A program made the position numbers and the translations under genes. A model generated the notes under the pieces. That model saw nothing but the letters and a program-made list of their open reading frames with translations, was not told the origin of the DNA and made no database searches. Source: Hyphomicrobiales bacterium (lineage in GTDB: Bacteria; Pseudomonadota; Alphaproteobacteria; Parvibaculales; Parvibaculaceae). Taken from it: DNA of 64,000 nucleotides. The DNA is taken from the NCBI GenBank assembly GCA_016124805.1, contig WGND01000002.1, positions 16,594 to 80,593 of the forward strand, read 5' to 3'. Shown piece after piece: positions 30,420-40,214 of this stretch (within the stretch, counting starts at the first letter, position 1; every line of letters begins with the position of its first letter).

Positions 30420-31781
30420 ATGATGGCTGAGATCGGACGAGTATGCGTTGTGGGTGCAGGACCCGGCGGGCTGGCACTGGCACGCAGCTTTATGGCGCAT
30501 GGCATCCCCTTCGACATCTATGAACGTCACGGCAATGTCGGCGGGTTGTGGGATCAGTCCAACAAGGGCTCGCCGGTTTATGACTCGGCCCATTTCATCT
30601 CCTCCAAGACACAGTCGCATTATCACGACTTTCCGATGCCGGATCATTATCCCGACTATCCGTCAAACAAGCAGATCCTCAACTACATGCATCTCTTTGC
30701 CGATGCCTATGGCCTGCGCGATCACATTCATTTCAATACCGGGGTTGAAAAGACAGAGCTGCAGGATGATGGCAGCTGGGCGGTGACGCTCTCGACGGGC
30801 GAAACCAAAAACTATGCCTCGCTTGTCTGCGCCACCGGCACGAACTGGCATCCGGCCATGCCGAGCTATCCCGGCACCTATACCGGCGAGATGCGCCATG
30901 CGCAGGGCTATCGCTCCATGGATGAGTTCAAGGGCAAGCGCGTGCTTGTCATCGGGGCCGGCAATTCAGGCTGTGATATTGCCTGTGATGCCGCACAGGC
31001 TGCCGACAAGGCCTTCATCAGCATGCGGCGCGGCTATCACTTTATCCCCAAGCATCTCTTCGGTGTGCCGGCCGATGTGATCGCCGGTACGGGTCCCGCC
31101 CTGCCCATGTGGCTGGAACAGGCGGTCTTCGGCGTGATGCTGCGTGTCCTTAATGGCGACCTGACGCGCCTTGGCCTGCAGAAACCCGATCACAAGATTT
31201 TCGAAACCCATCCCATTCTCAACACGCAATTGCTGCATTTTCTGGGTCATGGCGACATCAGCGCCAAGCCCGACTTGGAACGCTTTGACGGCAAGGTCGT
31301 GCATTTCAAGGACGGTACCTCCGAAGAGATTGATCTCATTCTCTGCGCCACGGGCTATACATGGAAAGTCCCTTATGTGGACCCGGCTCTCTTCACCTGG
31401 AAATCGGGACGGCCTGATCTCTACATGAATCTTTTCAGCCGCGAACATCCAAGCCTCTACTCCCTCGGCATGATGGAAACCAATGGCGGCGCCTACAAGC
31501 TGTTTGACCAGATGGCGGATCTCGTGTCGCAGGTCATCTGCACGCGGGCAGCAGGCGGCAAGCGTGCCAATGAGGTCAACAAGCTGATTGCCAGGGACAA
31601 GCCCGACCTCACCGGTGGCATCAAATTTGTCGGCTCGGACCGTCACGCGACTTATGTGGAAATTGCGACCTATCGCAAACAGATGAAACGCATAAGGCAG
31701 AAATTCGGCTGGCCGGACCTTACCGAAGGCTGCTTTGACACGCTCAAAATCGCCACCCCCAAAACAAGGGCGGCGGCATGA
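30420..31781 (+). CDS. Flavin-containing (class B) monooxygenase
   Basis: GAGPGG (FAD), YTGEMRHAQGYR (FxGxxxHxxxY/F FMO-identifying motif) and GAGNSGCD (NADPH). The start is trimmed to the ATG at 30420. Confidence 0.8.
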   Translation: MMAEIGRVCVVGAGPGGLALARSFMAHGIPFDIYERHGNVGGLWDQSNKGSPVYDSAHFISSKTQSHYHDFPMPDHYPDYPSNKQILNYMHLFADAYGLRDHIHFNTGVEKTELQDDGSWAVTLSTGETKNYASLVCATGTNWHPAMPSYPGTYTGEMRHAQGYRSMDEFKGKRVLVIGAGNSGCDIACDAAQAADKAFISMRRGYHFIPKHLFGVPADVIAGTGPALPMWLEQAVFGVMLRVLNGDLTRLGLQKPDHKIFETHPILNTQLLHFLGHGDISAKPDLERFDGKVVHFKDGTSEEIDLILCATGYTWKVPYVDPALFTWKSGRPDLYMNLFSREHPSLYSLGMMETNGGAYKLFDQMADLVSQVICTRAAGGKRANEVNKLIARDKPDLTGGIKFVGSDRHATYVEIATYRKQMKRIRQKFGWPDLTEGCFDTLKIATPKTRAAA

Positions 31782-32608
31782 GAACGGCATATCGAAAAGC
31801 CCTCATCACGGGCGCGGCTGGCGGCATCGGGCTTGAGATCGCCAAGCTGCTCGACCAGAAGGGGCTCGCGCTCATTCTCGTTGATCTGCATGAAGAGCGC
31901 CTGAAAGAGGCGGCCGCGCAACTCGGCGCGCCGGTGGAGCTGATGCCCTGCAACCTCAGTGACCGTGACGATGTGGAGCGCCTCATCAATCAAGTGAGCG
32001 AAAAACATCCCGATCTCGATGTGCTCGTCAATAATGCCGGGGTGATTGTGCCCGGTGCGGTAAGCGACATCACACAGGAAGCGATTGACGCGCATCTGGA
32101 GGTCAACCTGCGGGCCCCCATCCGTCTGATGCGAGCGCTTGCGCCGCTGATGATCGCCCGCAAGACGGGTGCCCTTGTCAGCACGGTTTCGCTGGGGGGC
32201 ATTGTGGCCCTGAAGGAAAGCGCTGCCTATTCAGCGTCCAAATTCGGGCTGCGCGGTTTTCTGTGCAGCCTGCATCAGGAGCTGCACCCGCTCGGTGTTT
32301 CGGTCTCCGGGATTTATCCCGCCGCCGTAGATACGCCGATGCTGCATCATGAAGCCACGACCAAGGGTGGCTCGGTGCTCAACTTCGTCGACAGGGTGAT
32401 GACGCCGCGCGACATTGCCGAGGCGACATGGCGGGCGATCCAGACGGGCAAGCTTGAAATCTATGCGCCCTATAGCGCGAGCCTTTCGTCCCGGCTGGCA
32501 GGGGCTTTTCCCTGGATGCTGCGCCCTCTCCTGCCGCTGCTTGAAAAGATCGGTACCGCCGGACGCGACAAATTCGTGGCCCGGAAAGGTCTAACGCCCC
32601 AGCCATAG
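31778..32608 (+). CDS. SDR-family oxidoreductase
   Basis: TGAAGGIG, NNAG and YSASK motifs. Its start overlaps the FMO stop. Confidence 0.85.
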   Translation: MRTAYRKALITGAAGGIGLEIAKLLDQKGLALILVDLHEERLKEAAAQLGAPVELMPCNLSDRDDVERLINQVSEKHPDLDVLVNNAGVIVPGAVSDITQEAIDAHLEVNLRAPIRLMRALAPLMIARKTGALVSTVSLGGIVALKESAAYSASKFGLRGFLCSLHQELHPLGVSVSGIYPAAVDTPMLHHEATTKGGSVLNFVDRVMTPRDIAEATWRAIQTGKLEIYAPYSASLSSRLAGAFPWMLRPLLPLLEKIGTAGRDKFVARKGLTPQP

Positions 32609-33337
32609 CATGACACCGCGAATGATCAGGATGGTGCCGATCACATAGAGAATGGTGCGGCTCCATTTCTTGAACTGCGTGTCGTCCATGCGGTCGAGCA
32701 ACATCTTGCCAAGCGTTGTGCCGGCCATGGCAAGGGGCGCCACCATCACGAATATCCACCAGGGTAGATGGGCGGGCGGCAAAAGGCTGGCGGCCAGCAC
32801 ACCGAAATAAAGCAGCTTGGTCAGATGCTGGATTGTCTGCGTCACGGCCTTGGTTGCCACAATCTGATGGCGCGTCAGCGGGCTTGTGACAAAGAACACA
32901 TCAAGGATCGGTCCGGCCACCCCGGCAACCAGCGTCAAGGCGGTGACGATGAAACCGCAGATCGGGGAGATGAAGGGCCTGGTGATGTCGAGGCCCAGAT
33001 TTTTCGGCAGGGAAAAGGCGATGAAGGGAATGGCGCCGAGCGTGATCAGAACGGTGGCCTTGTCCGGCACGAAGCTGACCACCATGAAGAGCGCCAGCGC
33101 CGTGGCGGCCCCCATCGTGTTTGTCGCCACAATGGGCCAGATGATGTCGTTGCGATTGATGACGGCGCGATAGCCATTGGCGGCGGCCTGCGTCACGCCA
33201 TGCAGCATCATGGCTGCCCCCACCGAATAAACGGCGGTCAGATAGCCCATCAGGATGAGGCCGCCAGCCATGCCAAAAATGCCGGAAATGGTGGCGGTCG
33301 CCAGAACGATGAGGGCAAGAATGACGGGGCTGGCCAT
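32591..33337 (-). CDS. TauE/SafE (DUF81) family anion exporter
   Basis: Multi-transmembrane protein with ISGIFGMAGGLILMG at the N-terminus. The start is trimmed to the ATG at 33337. The 3' end overlaps the SDR 3' end by 18 nt (convergent). Confidence 0.8.
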   Translation of the reverse strand: MASPVILALIVLATATISGIFGMAGGLILMGYLTAVYSVGAAMMLHGVTQAAANGYRAVINRNDIIWPIVATNTMGAATALALFMVVSFVPDKATVLITLGAIPFIAFSLPKNLGLDITRPFISPICGFIVTALTLVAGVAGPILDVFFVTSPLTRHQIVATKAVTQTIQHLTKLLYFGVLAASLLPPAHLPWWIFVMVAPLAMAGTTLGKMLLDRMDDTQFKKWSRTILYVIGTILIIRGVMLWLGR

Positions 33338-33419
33338 GGGATCACCTTGGGTTACGTGAATATGATCACAAAATGGGCGCAAAAAATGCTTGTATCAATT
33401 CAGTATTCAAAACAATCTA

Positions 33420-33436
33420 TGTGATCTAAACTCACA
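33420..33436. promoter_or_regulatory. LysR-type box TGTGA-N7-TCACA (contains T-N11-A) just upstream of the LysR gene
   Basis: The perfect 5-bp arms were read from the sequence. It lies in the TauE/LysR divergent intergenic region. Confidence 0.4.
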
Positions 33437-33439
33437 TGC

Positions 33440-34354
33440 ATGCGTAACTATGAAAACCGCCGCCAACTGCCCCCACTCGGGTCCCTGCGGGCCTTCGAGG
33501 CCACCGCGCGGCTGGGCAGCACGCTGGCGGCAGCCGACGAACTCTGCGTGACCCATGGCGCCATCAGCCGCCAGATCAAGCTGCTGGAAGCCTGGCTGGG
33601 GCTCAGCCTGTTTGACCGCCATGGAAAAAGGCTGGCGCTGACGGAACAGGGACGGCTTTATCGTGACCAGATGGGCGACGCGCTGGATCAAATCGCAACA
33701 GCAACCGCCCGCCTGAAAGAGAGCACACGCAAGACCCAGCGCCTGACGATCAATGCGCTGCCGACCTTTGCCATGCGCTGGCTGCTGCCGCGCCTGTCGC
33801 TCTTTCAGCAGAGCCATCCGGGCATCGAGCTGCGGCTTGTGACAAGCGACAATGCACTGGAACAACTGCCACCGGGACTGTGGAGCGTCGCCATCCGCCG
33901 CGAAAGCGAGAGCCTGCCGCGCGGCTATCTCGCCGCCGCCTTTCTGGAAGAGCGCGAAATCCCCGTTTGCGCGGCAAGTCTGCTGGCAGCACATCCCATC
34001 AACTCAACGCGTGATCTGGCAAAGCATGTGTTGCTCCATGCCGATACGCGCGCAGGCGCCTGGGCGCGATGGCTGGATGCCGCCGGCGAGACCGGCGTGG
34101 AATCGACCGAGGGTCTGCGCTTTGACCATTTCTATCTGGCCCTGCAGGCCGCGATGGACGGGCTGGGCGTCGCGCTCGGACCGCTGCCCATCATTGCCGA
34201 TGATCTGGCGAGCGGACGGCTGGTCGCGCCGCTTGACGGGCCAGCGCTACCCTCGCGCGCCTATTGCTGGATCATCCCCGAAGACATGCTCCATGACGAA
34301 GGCGTTACCGCCTTTTGCACATGGCTGGAGGAACTGGGCGAAGACAGCGCCTAA
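33440..34354 (+). CDS. LysR-family transcriptional regulator (GcvA-like)
   Basis: [16 protein letters not shown]...[17 protein letters not shown] is the typical wHTH, followed by a LysR substrate-binding domain. Confidence 0.85.
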   Translation: MRNYENRRQLPPLGSLRAFEATARLGSTLAAADELCVTHGAISRQIKLLEAWLGLSLFDRHGKRLALTEQGRLYRDQMGDALDQIATATARLKESTRKTQRLTINALPTFAMRWLLPRLSLFQQSHPGIELRLVTSDNALEQLPPGLWSVAIRRESESLPRGYLAAAFLEEREIPVCAASLLAAHPINSTRDLAKHVLLHADTRAGAWARWLDAAGETGVESTEGLRFDHFYLALQAAMDGLGVALGPLPIIADDLASGRLVAPLDGPALPSRAYCWIIPEDMLHDEGVTAFCTWLEELGEDSA

Positions 34355-35328
34355 AGCGAACGCCCCAGACGCAGGCCGAGCTTTTCGCGCAGCGGGTTCT
34401 GCGCCTCGAAAATATAATCCATCTTCGAGGCCGTCACCGTCTGCTTGCCCTGCGCACCGAGAAAGGCGACCAGCTCATAGAGACGGTCCTGCGGGCAATG
34501 CAGAATGCGCACGCGCTCTGCATCCACGAAGGGCACTTTCAGGCCGAAGCGGGTTGCCAGCTCATCCATGAATGCCTCGTCTTCGGCTGCCCCTTCAAAA
34601 CGTACTTCCACGATCTGGGCAGCACGCGCCTCAGCCGAAATGCGATTGAGAATCTCACCTGCCGCCGCAAGCGCGGCATCGGTCCAGTCCGCGCCGAGGC
34701 TCGCGACAAGATTGGCCTGGCTGCGCAGCATGACGCCGTCATCCAGCACCTTGAGATTATTGGCAGCAAGCGTCGTGCCGGTGGAGGTAATGTCCACAAT
34801 GGCCTCAGCGGTGCCCGCCGCCGGTGCGCCTTCGGTCGCGCCGGAGCTTTCCACGATGCGATAATCGACAACGCCATGTTCGGCAAAGAAGCTGCGCGTG
34901 AGGTTCAGATATTTCGTGGCGATGCGCAGGCGGCGGCCATGGCGGCGGTGAAAGGCCAACGCCACATCATCCAAGTCAGCCATGGTGGTGACATCGATCC
35001 AGCTCTGCGGCACCGCCACGACAACGTCAGCGTGACCAAAGCCCAGCGGCAGCACCAGCTCCACACGATCATCGGGATCGATGATCTGTTCACGGATCAG
35101 GTCTTCGCCGGTGATGCCGAAATGGATGGAACCTTCTTCCAGTCGGCTGGCAATTTCAGATGCGGAGAGGAAGGCGATGTGCACATTGTCCACACCCAAC
35201 AGGCGGCCTGTATATTCGCGACCATCGCCTGCCTGACGCACCTTGAGACCGGCGCGGGCAAAAAAGGCGTTGGCGTTTTCCTGAAGGCGGCCCTTGGAGG
35301 GCAGGCCGATGATGAGATCATTGGTCAT
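34351..35328 (-). CDS. hisG: ATP phosphoribosyltransferase, apparently long form (325 aa with a C-terminal extension)
   Basis: [20 protein letters not shown] and DIT.TG.TL..N.L motifs. There are about 95 extra C-terminal residues. Confidence 0.9.
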   Translation of the reverse strand: MTNDLIIGLPSKGRLQENANAFFARAGLKVRQAGDGREYTGRLLGVDNVHIAFLSASEIASRLEEGSIHFGITGEDLIREQIIDPDDRVELVLPLGFGHADVVVAVPQSWIDVTTMADLDDVALAFHRRHGRRLRIATKYLNLTRSFFAEHGVVDYRIVESSGATEGAPAAGTAEAIVDITSTGTTLAANNLKVLDDGVMLRSQANLVASLGADWTDAALAAAGEILNRISAEARAAQIVEVRFEGAAEDEAFMDELATRFGLKVPFVDAERVRILHCPQDRLYELVAFLGAQGKQTVTASKMDYIFEAQNPLREKLGLRLGRSL

Positions 35329-35331
35329 GGT

Positions 35332-36480
35332 TCAGCGCCCTCCCACTGCGAGCGCGAGACGCTCGACCGTTACGGCGCAGCCGACAGCAGGCATTGATTT
35401 CGGCGCGCCGAGGCTTGCCAGCAGCTCATCATAACGGCCACCGCCCGCAACGACACTTTCCTCCCCCAGCGAGGGCACCTGAAGCTCAAAGACAAAGCCC
35501 GTATAATATTCCAGCGTGCGGCCAAAGCCCGGATCGAAGCGGGCGCCCGACATGTCGATGCCCTGCGTGGCAATCGCCTCAAAGCGCTGTTCAAGCGCGG
35601 CTAATGGCTGCTCCATGCGGATGCCGCTGTCTTTAAGCAGCGCCCGGATGCGGGCTACCGCCTCTGCCGGTTTGAGCGACAGCGCGAGAAATGCATCAAT
35701 GAGTTTGGCCGTGGCGGGCGAAAGCGGCGAGGCCGTCTGGTCGGCGGCCTGTTCCATCAGGCGCTCGGCGATCTCATCGAGACTGCGCCCCCCGACCGGT
35801 GAAATTTTCGCCAGCTTGAGCACATCGGCAATGACGGCACTTGCTGATCTTTGATCAAGATCATTGAGCGCAGCGAGCAGGCCATCACGGCGCTGCCCTT
35901 CCACCGCATTGTCGCTTGCCAGACGCTGCACCAGCTCGCGGAAATAGTCCGGACGCCAGAAGTGACGCTTGAGGCGCGAGCGCCAGCCAAGCGGAATGTC
36001 GAGTTCGTCGACCAGGCCGTCGAAAAGCGACAGATCGCCCATCATCATGTCGAACTTATCAAGGCCGCTTGCCTTGACCGCGCCGACGGCCAGCGACAGG
36101 GCTTCAGCGTCGCCTGCCGCCGCGTCGCTGCCGCCAAAGAGCTCCGCCCCCACCTGAATGACTTCATTGGGTTTGCGCGAGCCCTGCGGCTGGAAGCGGT
36201 AGACAGGCCCCGCATAGCAAAGGCGGGCTGCCTCCGTGCCACCTGCTTCAATGAAACTGCGGCATGTCGGGATCGTCAGATCGGGGCGCAGGCAAAGTTC
36301 AGCCCCTGCCGGATCATTGAAGACATAGAGACGGCGGCGAATATCCTCGCCTGACCGGTCCAGAAAGACATCGGCCGGCTGAAGCACAGGGGGCGCAACA
36401 TGGGTGCAGCCCGCAGCCTCGAAGCTTGCCCGCAGGTTTTTGGTCAGGGCCTCAAGGCCCGAAAGAGATGACATGTTCAT
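35332..36480 (-). CDS. hisZ: ATP phosphoribosyltransferase regulatory subunit (HisRS paralogue without an anticodon-binding domain)
   Basis: 382 aa with a class II aaRS-like core (LCLRPDLT.P..R, GR.L.YYTG.VFE, GGGRYD). It lies 3 nt upstream of hisG. Confidence 0.85.
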   Translation of the reverse strand: MNMSSLSGLEALTKNLRASFEAAGCTHVAPPVLQPADVFLDRSGEDIRRRLYVFNDPAGAELCLRPDLTIPTCRSFIEAGGTEAARLCYAGPVYRFQPQGSRKPNEVIQVGAELFGGSDAAAGDAEALSLAVGAVKASGLDKFDMMMGDLSLFDGLVDELDIPLGWRSRLKRHFWRPDYFRELVQRLASDNAVEGQRRDGLLAALNDLDQRSASAVIADVLKLAKISPVGGRSLDEIAERLMEQAADQTASPLSPATAKLIDAFLALSLKPAEAVARIRALLKDSGIRMEQPLAALEQRFEAIATQGIDMSGARFDPGFGRTLEYYTGFVFELQVPSLGEESVVAGGGRYDELLASLGAPKSMPAVGCAVTVERLALAVGGR

Positions 36481-36552
36481 CGTGTGAACCTTTGCCGCTT
36501 TCCGTTGGCGGCTTGTCTAGCATGAAAAGGTAAAGATCAGGAAAGGAAGCGT

Positions 36553-38070
36553 TCAGGCCTGATGCGGGTGATGTCGGGCGAGCATGGCCTTGACCTGCGC
36601 CACCAGTTCACCACGGGGGATCGAGATCTGGGCGGGCTGACCCTCGCGCCATTCGGCATTATCCTCGATTTCCTTGGACATTTCGGCCCCGAGAATAAGG
36701 TCCTTGAGCGTCACAACGCCTTGCGCGCGCTCATCCTCGCCCTCAATCACGGTGACCGGGCTGCCGCGCCGGTCGGCATATTTCATCTGGGCGCGCATGC
36801 CCGAACCGCCGAGATACATTTCTGCACGGATCCCGGCCTGACGCAGCTCGGAAACCATGGCCTGATAATCCGCCATGCGATTGGCATCAAGGGTGAGGAC
36901 CACAACCGGCGGGGTCACATCATCGACATCCAGGCGGCCCAGCAGTTCAAGGGCAGCCTGAAGGCGGCTTACGCCAATCGAGAAGCCGGTGGCCGGCACC
37001 TTGGCGCCACGGAAGCGCTCGACCAGACCGTCATAACGACCGCCGGAGCCGACCGAGCCGAAGCGCACGGGATTGCCCTTCTCGTCTTTCGTTTCAAGCA
37101 GCAGGTCGGACTCGAAAACGGGCCCTGTGTAATAGCCAAGGCCGCGCACAATCCATGAATTGAATTCGATGCGGTCGGTGCCATAACCTGCCGCCGTGAA
37201 GAGCGCGTCCATCTCGGCCAACTCGGCAATGCCTTCGCGACCGACTACGGTCTCGCCGACAACGCGGGCCCAGCCTTCAAGCACGTCGGTGCGATTGGTC
37301 TGTGTTGCCTCGACGCCGGACTCGACGTAGTCGAGCACCTTGGCCGCCTGCTCATCACTCAGGCCAGCGCCCCTGGTGAAGTCGCCAGACTCATCCTTGC
37401 GGCCTGCCCCGAGCAACAACTCGACGCCCCTGCGTCCGAGCCGGTCATATTTATCAATGGCGCGAAGCACCGTGCCATGCACGGCACCGGCTTCAACACC
37501 AATGGTTTCAAGCAGCCCGTCGAGAATTTTGCGGTTATTGACGCGGATGCGATATTGCCCGCGCGCAATGCCCAGCGCCTCAAGGCAATCGGCGCCCATC
37601 ATGCACATCTCGGCATCGGCGGCGACGCCGGGTGCAGCAACCGTGTCGGCATCAAACTGGGTGAACTGACGGAAGCGACCGGGGCCGGGCTTCTCATTGC
37701 GCCAGACGGGGCCGGTCTGATAGCGGCGGAAGGGCTTTGGCAGGCTCTCATAATTTTCGGCGACATAGCGGGCCAGCGGCGCGGTCAGATCATAGCGCAG
37801 CGCCAGCCACTGCTCGTCATCATCCTGAAAGGCGAAGACACCTTCATTGGGCCGGTCTTCATCCGGCAGGAACTTGCCCAGCGCATCGGCATATTCAAAG
37901 GCGGAGGTTTCGAGCGGGTCAAAGCCGTAGCGTTCATAGACTTCGCGGATACGCGCGATCATGCGCGCTTCAGCGCGGACCATGCCGGCTGAACTGTCGC
38001 GAAGGCCCTTGGGCACGCGGGCCTTGGGGCGAAATGTCTTTCCACTCTTATTCATGTTCTTCCGCATCAT
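36553..38070 (-). CDS. hisS: Histidine--tRNA ligase
   Basis: 505 aa with PKG.RD, RYDLT.P.AR, FRQF.Q.D.D, GLGYYTG.VFE and GGRYD motifs, plus an anticodon-binding domain. The exact start among several N-terminal Met codons is uncertain. Confidence 0.9.
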   Translation of the reverse strand: MMRKNMNKSGKTFRPKARVPKGLRDSSAGMVRAEARMIARIREVYERYGFDPLETSAFEYADALGKFLPDEDRPNEGVFAFQDDDEQWLALRYDLTAPLARYVAENYESLPKPFRRYQTGPVWRNEKPGPGRFRQFTQFDADTVAAPGVAADAEMCMMGADCLEALGIARGQYRIRVNNRKILDGLLETIGVEAGAVHGTVLRAIDKYDRLGRRGVELLLGAGRKDESGDFTRGAGLSDEQAAKVLDYVESGVEATQTNRTDVLEGWARVVGETVVGREGIAELAEMDALFTAAGYGTDRIEFNSWIVRGLGYYTGPVFESDLLLETKDEKGNPVRFGSVGSGGRYDGLVERFRGAKVPATGFSIGVSRLQAALELLGRLDVDDVTPPVVVLTLDANRMADYQAMVSELRQAGIRAEMYLGGSGMRAQMKYADRRGSPVTVIEGEDERAQGVVTLKDLILGAEMSKEIEDNAEWREGQPAQISIPRGELVAQVKAMLARHHPHQA

Positions 38071-38297
38071 TGGGTGACCTGAAGGTCGGGGGCATACCTA
38101 TCCCATGATCCCCATGGGGACAAGTCGAACCGCGCGGCCAAATGGCCTGCCGAATCAAGCCTTTCGGGCTTGCTGCCAGGCGGCTCGCCACGGCCCCGGC
38201 CACGCGAATCTTGTGGTTAAGAAAGTATGAGCTGCTAACACTTTCTTCAGCTTTGCGAATTGGACCTGAAAATCAATCCAAGTTTCTGTTTTTATGA

Positions 38298-38328
38298 GGG
38301 AAATTGCCTTTGTCCCCGTCAATTTCCC
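38298..38328. promoter_or_regulatory. Perfect 9-bp inverted repeat GGGAAATTG-N13-CAATTTCCC upstream of the histidine kinase gene
   Basis: Read from the sequence. A second perfect 8-bp inverted repeat, AAGAAAGT-N13-ACTTTCTT, lies at 38219-38247. Confidence 0.3.
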
Positions 38329-38419
38329 TAGTAGGTCATCCACATTCCATCCACAAAATAGCGTGAGTCTTTACCTTCTGTTTACCAAAGCAGCCGATCC
38401 TGATGCTCAAAGGAAGCAG

Positions 38420-40090
38420 ATGCGAAATACCCGTATTAGTCTTCCGTCGGTTGTAGCGCCCGCCGATGTCGGGGTGCCAGATGCGAGATCAGCCTTTATG
38501 GGTTCAGCCCCTGTGACAAGCGACAACATGATCCCCTTCCCGACTGCCAGGGTGCCCCAGGGCCCCGCTGCGGGTGCCGGAACACTGACGCCTGCGCCAG
38601 CCGAGGTCACGCTTGCCGCCATCAATGTGCATGTGGTCAGCCGCTCGCGGTCACTCTGCGACGGGTTGAGCGATCTTGCCCAGAGCGGTGCCACGGGCCC
38701 GCTCTCGCTGTCATTTTCCGATCCTGACGAAGGCATGGACCCGCTCCTGATGCCGGGTCTTGATGCCGTGGTCATTGATCTGGGGCTCGGCCAGTCCGCT
38801 GATCTTGCCCTTTTGCGGCGCGCGGTGGCGGTCGGCCCGGATGCGCCCGTGATTGCCGTGGGTCAGGATGATGCCCAGCTGCAGATGAAAGCCATGCAGA
38901 CCGGCGCGGATGATTGCCTCGTTGCCGATCTCCATGCGCCCCGCGCGCTTGCCCTTGCGCTTCGCCGCGCCGTGCAGCGCCGTCTCACGCGTGACAACCA
39001 GACCCGCGCCAGCATCACGCCGCCGCGCAAGGACATCTCTCCTTCGGTCACGCTGGTGCAGGAAAGTGCTGAAGCCATTGTCATTCTCGACACGCAGGGC
39101 CATGTGAAATTCGTCAATGCGGCAGCTGAAGAGCTGCTCGGCCGCAAGAGCGCCGAACTGATCGGCACGGCCTTTGACGCACCGACCGAACCCGGCGAGA
39201 GCGAGATTTCGCTGGAGCGCCCGGATGGCGATCACCGTCTGGCGGAAATGCGCGTTGTTGAAACGCGCTGGGGCGGCGTGCCTGCCCGTGTTGCCGCCCT
39301 CAATGACGTGACCGTGCGCCGCAAACTTGAAGAAACCATGGAGAGTGCTGCCGCCGAGAGCAAGCAAACGAAGCAGCGCAGCCAGAGCTTCTTTTCCAAC
39401 GTCAATCATGATCTGAGGACACCCCTCACCCACATCATCGGCTTTTCGGAGATGATGAAGGAAGAGCATCTGGGCCCCATCGGGTCATCGCGCTATCGCG
39501 ACTATGCCCGAGACATCCATTCCAGCGGCACCATGCTGCTCGACATGATTGAAGACCTGCTTGGCATTGCCGAAGCGGAAACCGACAACATCAATCTGAC
39601 CGATGAAATCTGCAATCTTTCGCAACTTGTAGAGATGGCTGTTGCCAGCCAGCGCCAGTCCGCCAGCGATGAAGGCGTGACAATCGAAGTCGATTGCGCC
39701 GCCAGGCTGCCAGGTCTGCGCGGTGATGCGCGCCGGTTGCGTCAGGGTCTGTTCCGTCTTCTCGCTGAAGCCATACACTGCGCGCGGCGCGGCGAAAAGC
39801 TGCTTCTCTCCTGCCATGAGGATGCAGGCGGCATCCTGCTTCAGCTGCGTGAAGAAGGCATGACAGGCGAACAGGGTGACCTGCCCTATCACGCGCCCAA
39901 AATCGGTAACGACGACCCCTTTGTCAGTGCCGAGGATAGCGGCATGGCGCGCGAAGATGGTCTTGCCCTCTCGCTGACACGCAAGATCATGGAAATGCAT
40001 GGTGGCAAGCTTTCCATCCGCGCCAATCGCGATGGCAGCGAGCCGCTTACCATCAGCCTGAAATTTCCCGCTGATCGCGTGATCCGCTAA
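38420..40090 (+). CDS. Sensor histidine kinase with an N-terminal receiver-like (degenerate) domain, PAS, HisKA and HATPase_c
   Basis: PAS region (AIVILDTQGHVKFVNAAAEELLG), H-box (FFSNVNHDLRTPL) and HATPase region (..DGLALSLTRKIMEMHGGKL). The ATG at 38420 is preceded by AAAGGAAG. Confidence 0.8.
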   Translation: MRNTRISLPSVVAPADVGVPDARSAFMGSAPVTSDNMIPFPTARVPQGPAAGAGTLTPAPAEVTLAAINVHVVSRSRSLCDGLSDLAQSGATGPLSLSFSDPDEGMDPLLMPGLDAVVIDLGLGQSADLALLRRAVAVGPDAPVIAVGQDDAQLQMKAMQTGADDCLVADLHAPRALALALRRAVQRRLTRDNQTRASITPPRKDISPSVTLVQESAEAIVILDTQGHVKFVNAAAEELLGRKSAELIGTAFDAPTEPGESEISLERPDGDHRLAEMRVVETRWGGVPARVAALNDVTVRRKLEETMESAAAESKQTKQRSQSFFSNVNHDLRTPLTHIIGFSEMMKEEHLGPIGSSRYRDYARDIHSSGTMLLDMIEDLLGIAEAETDNINLTDEICNLSQLVEMAVASQRQSASDEGVTIEVDCAARLPGLRGDARRLRQGLFRLLAEAIHCARRGEKLLLSCHEDAGGILLQLREEGMTGEQGDLPYHAPKIGNDDPFVSAEDSGMAREDGLALSLTRKIMEMHGGKLSIRANRDGSEPLTISLKFPADRVIR

Positions 40091-40101
40091 ACACTTGTCG
40101 C

Positions 40102-40131
40102 CTGTGCGACGATCCGGCACAGCGTCATTTT
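40102..40131 (+). terminator. Possible terminator after the histidine kinase gene
   Basis: CTGTGC-N9-GCACAG followed within 5 nt by TTTT. This is a weak call. Confidence 0.3.
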
Positions 40132-40214
40132 GCGCTGCGACATAAGAAGCACCCGCCTCTTAGACGCATCGTAATGTTAGAAAATCCGGATATACTCCCT
40201 TGCAACAAGAAGCG

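Noticed and set aside
38155-38343. 62-aa - strand ORF in the hisS/kinase spacer
   Set aside because: It is low in GC, has no ribosome-binding site and spans the two inverted repeats. It is most likely non-coding.
40127-40145. TTGCGCTGCGACAT upstream of cydA, considered as an FNR/FixK box (TTGAT-N4-ATCAA)
   Set aside because: Only the TTG...CA core positions match, which is too degenerate to call.
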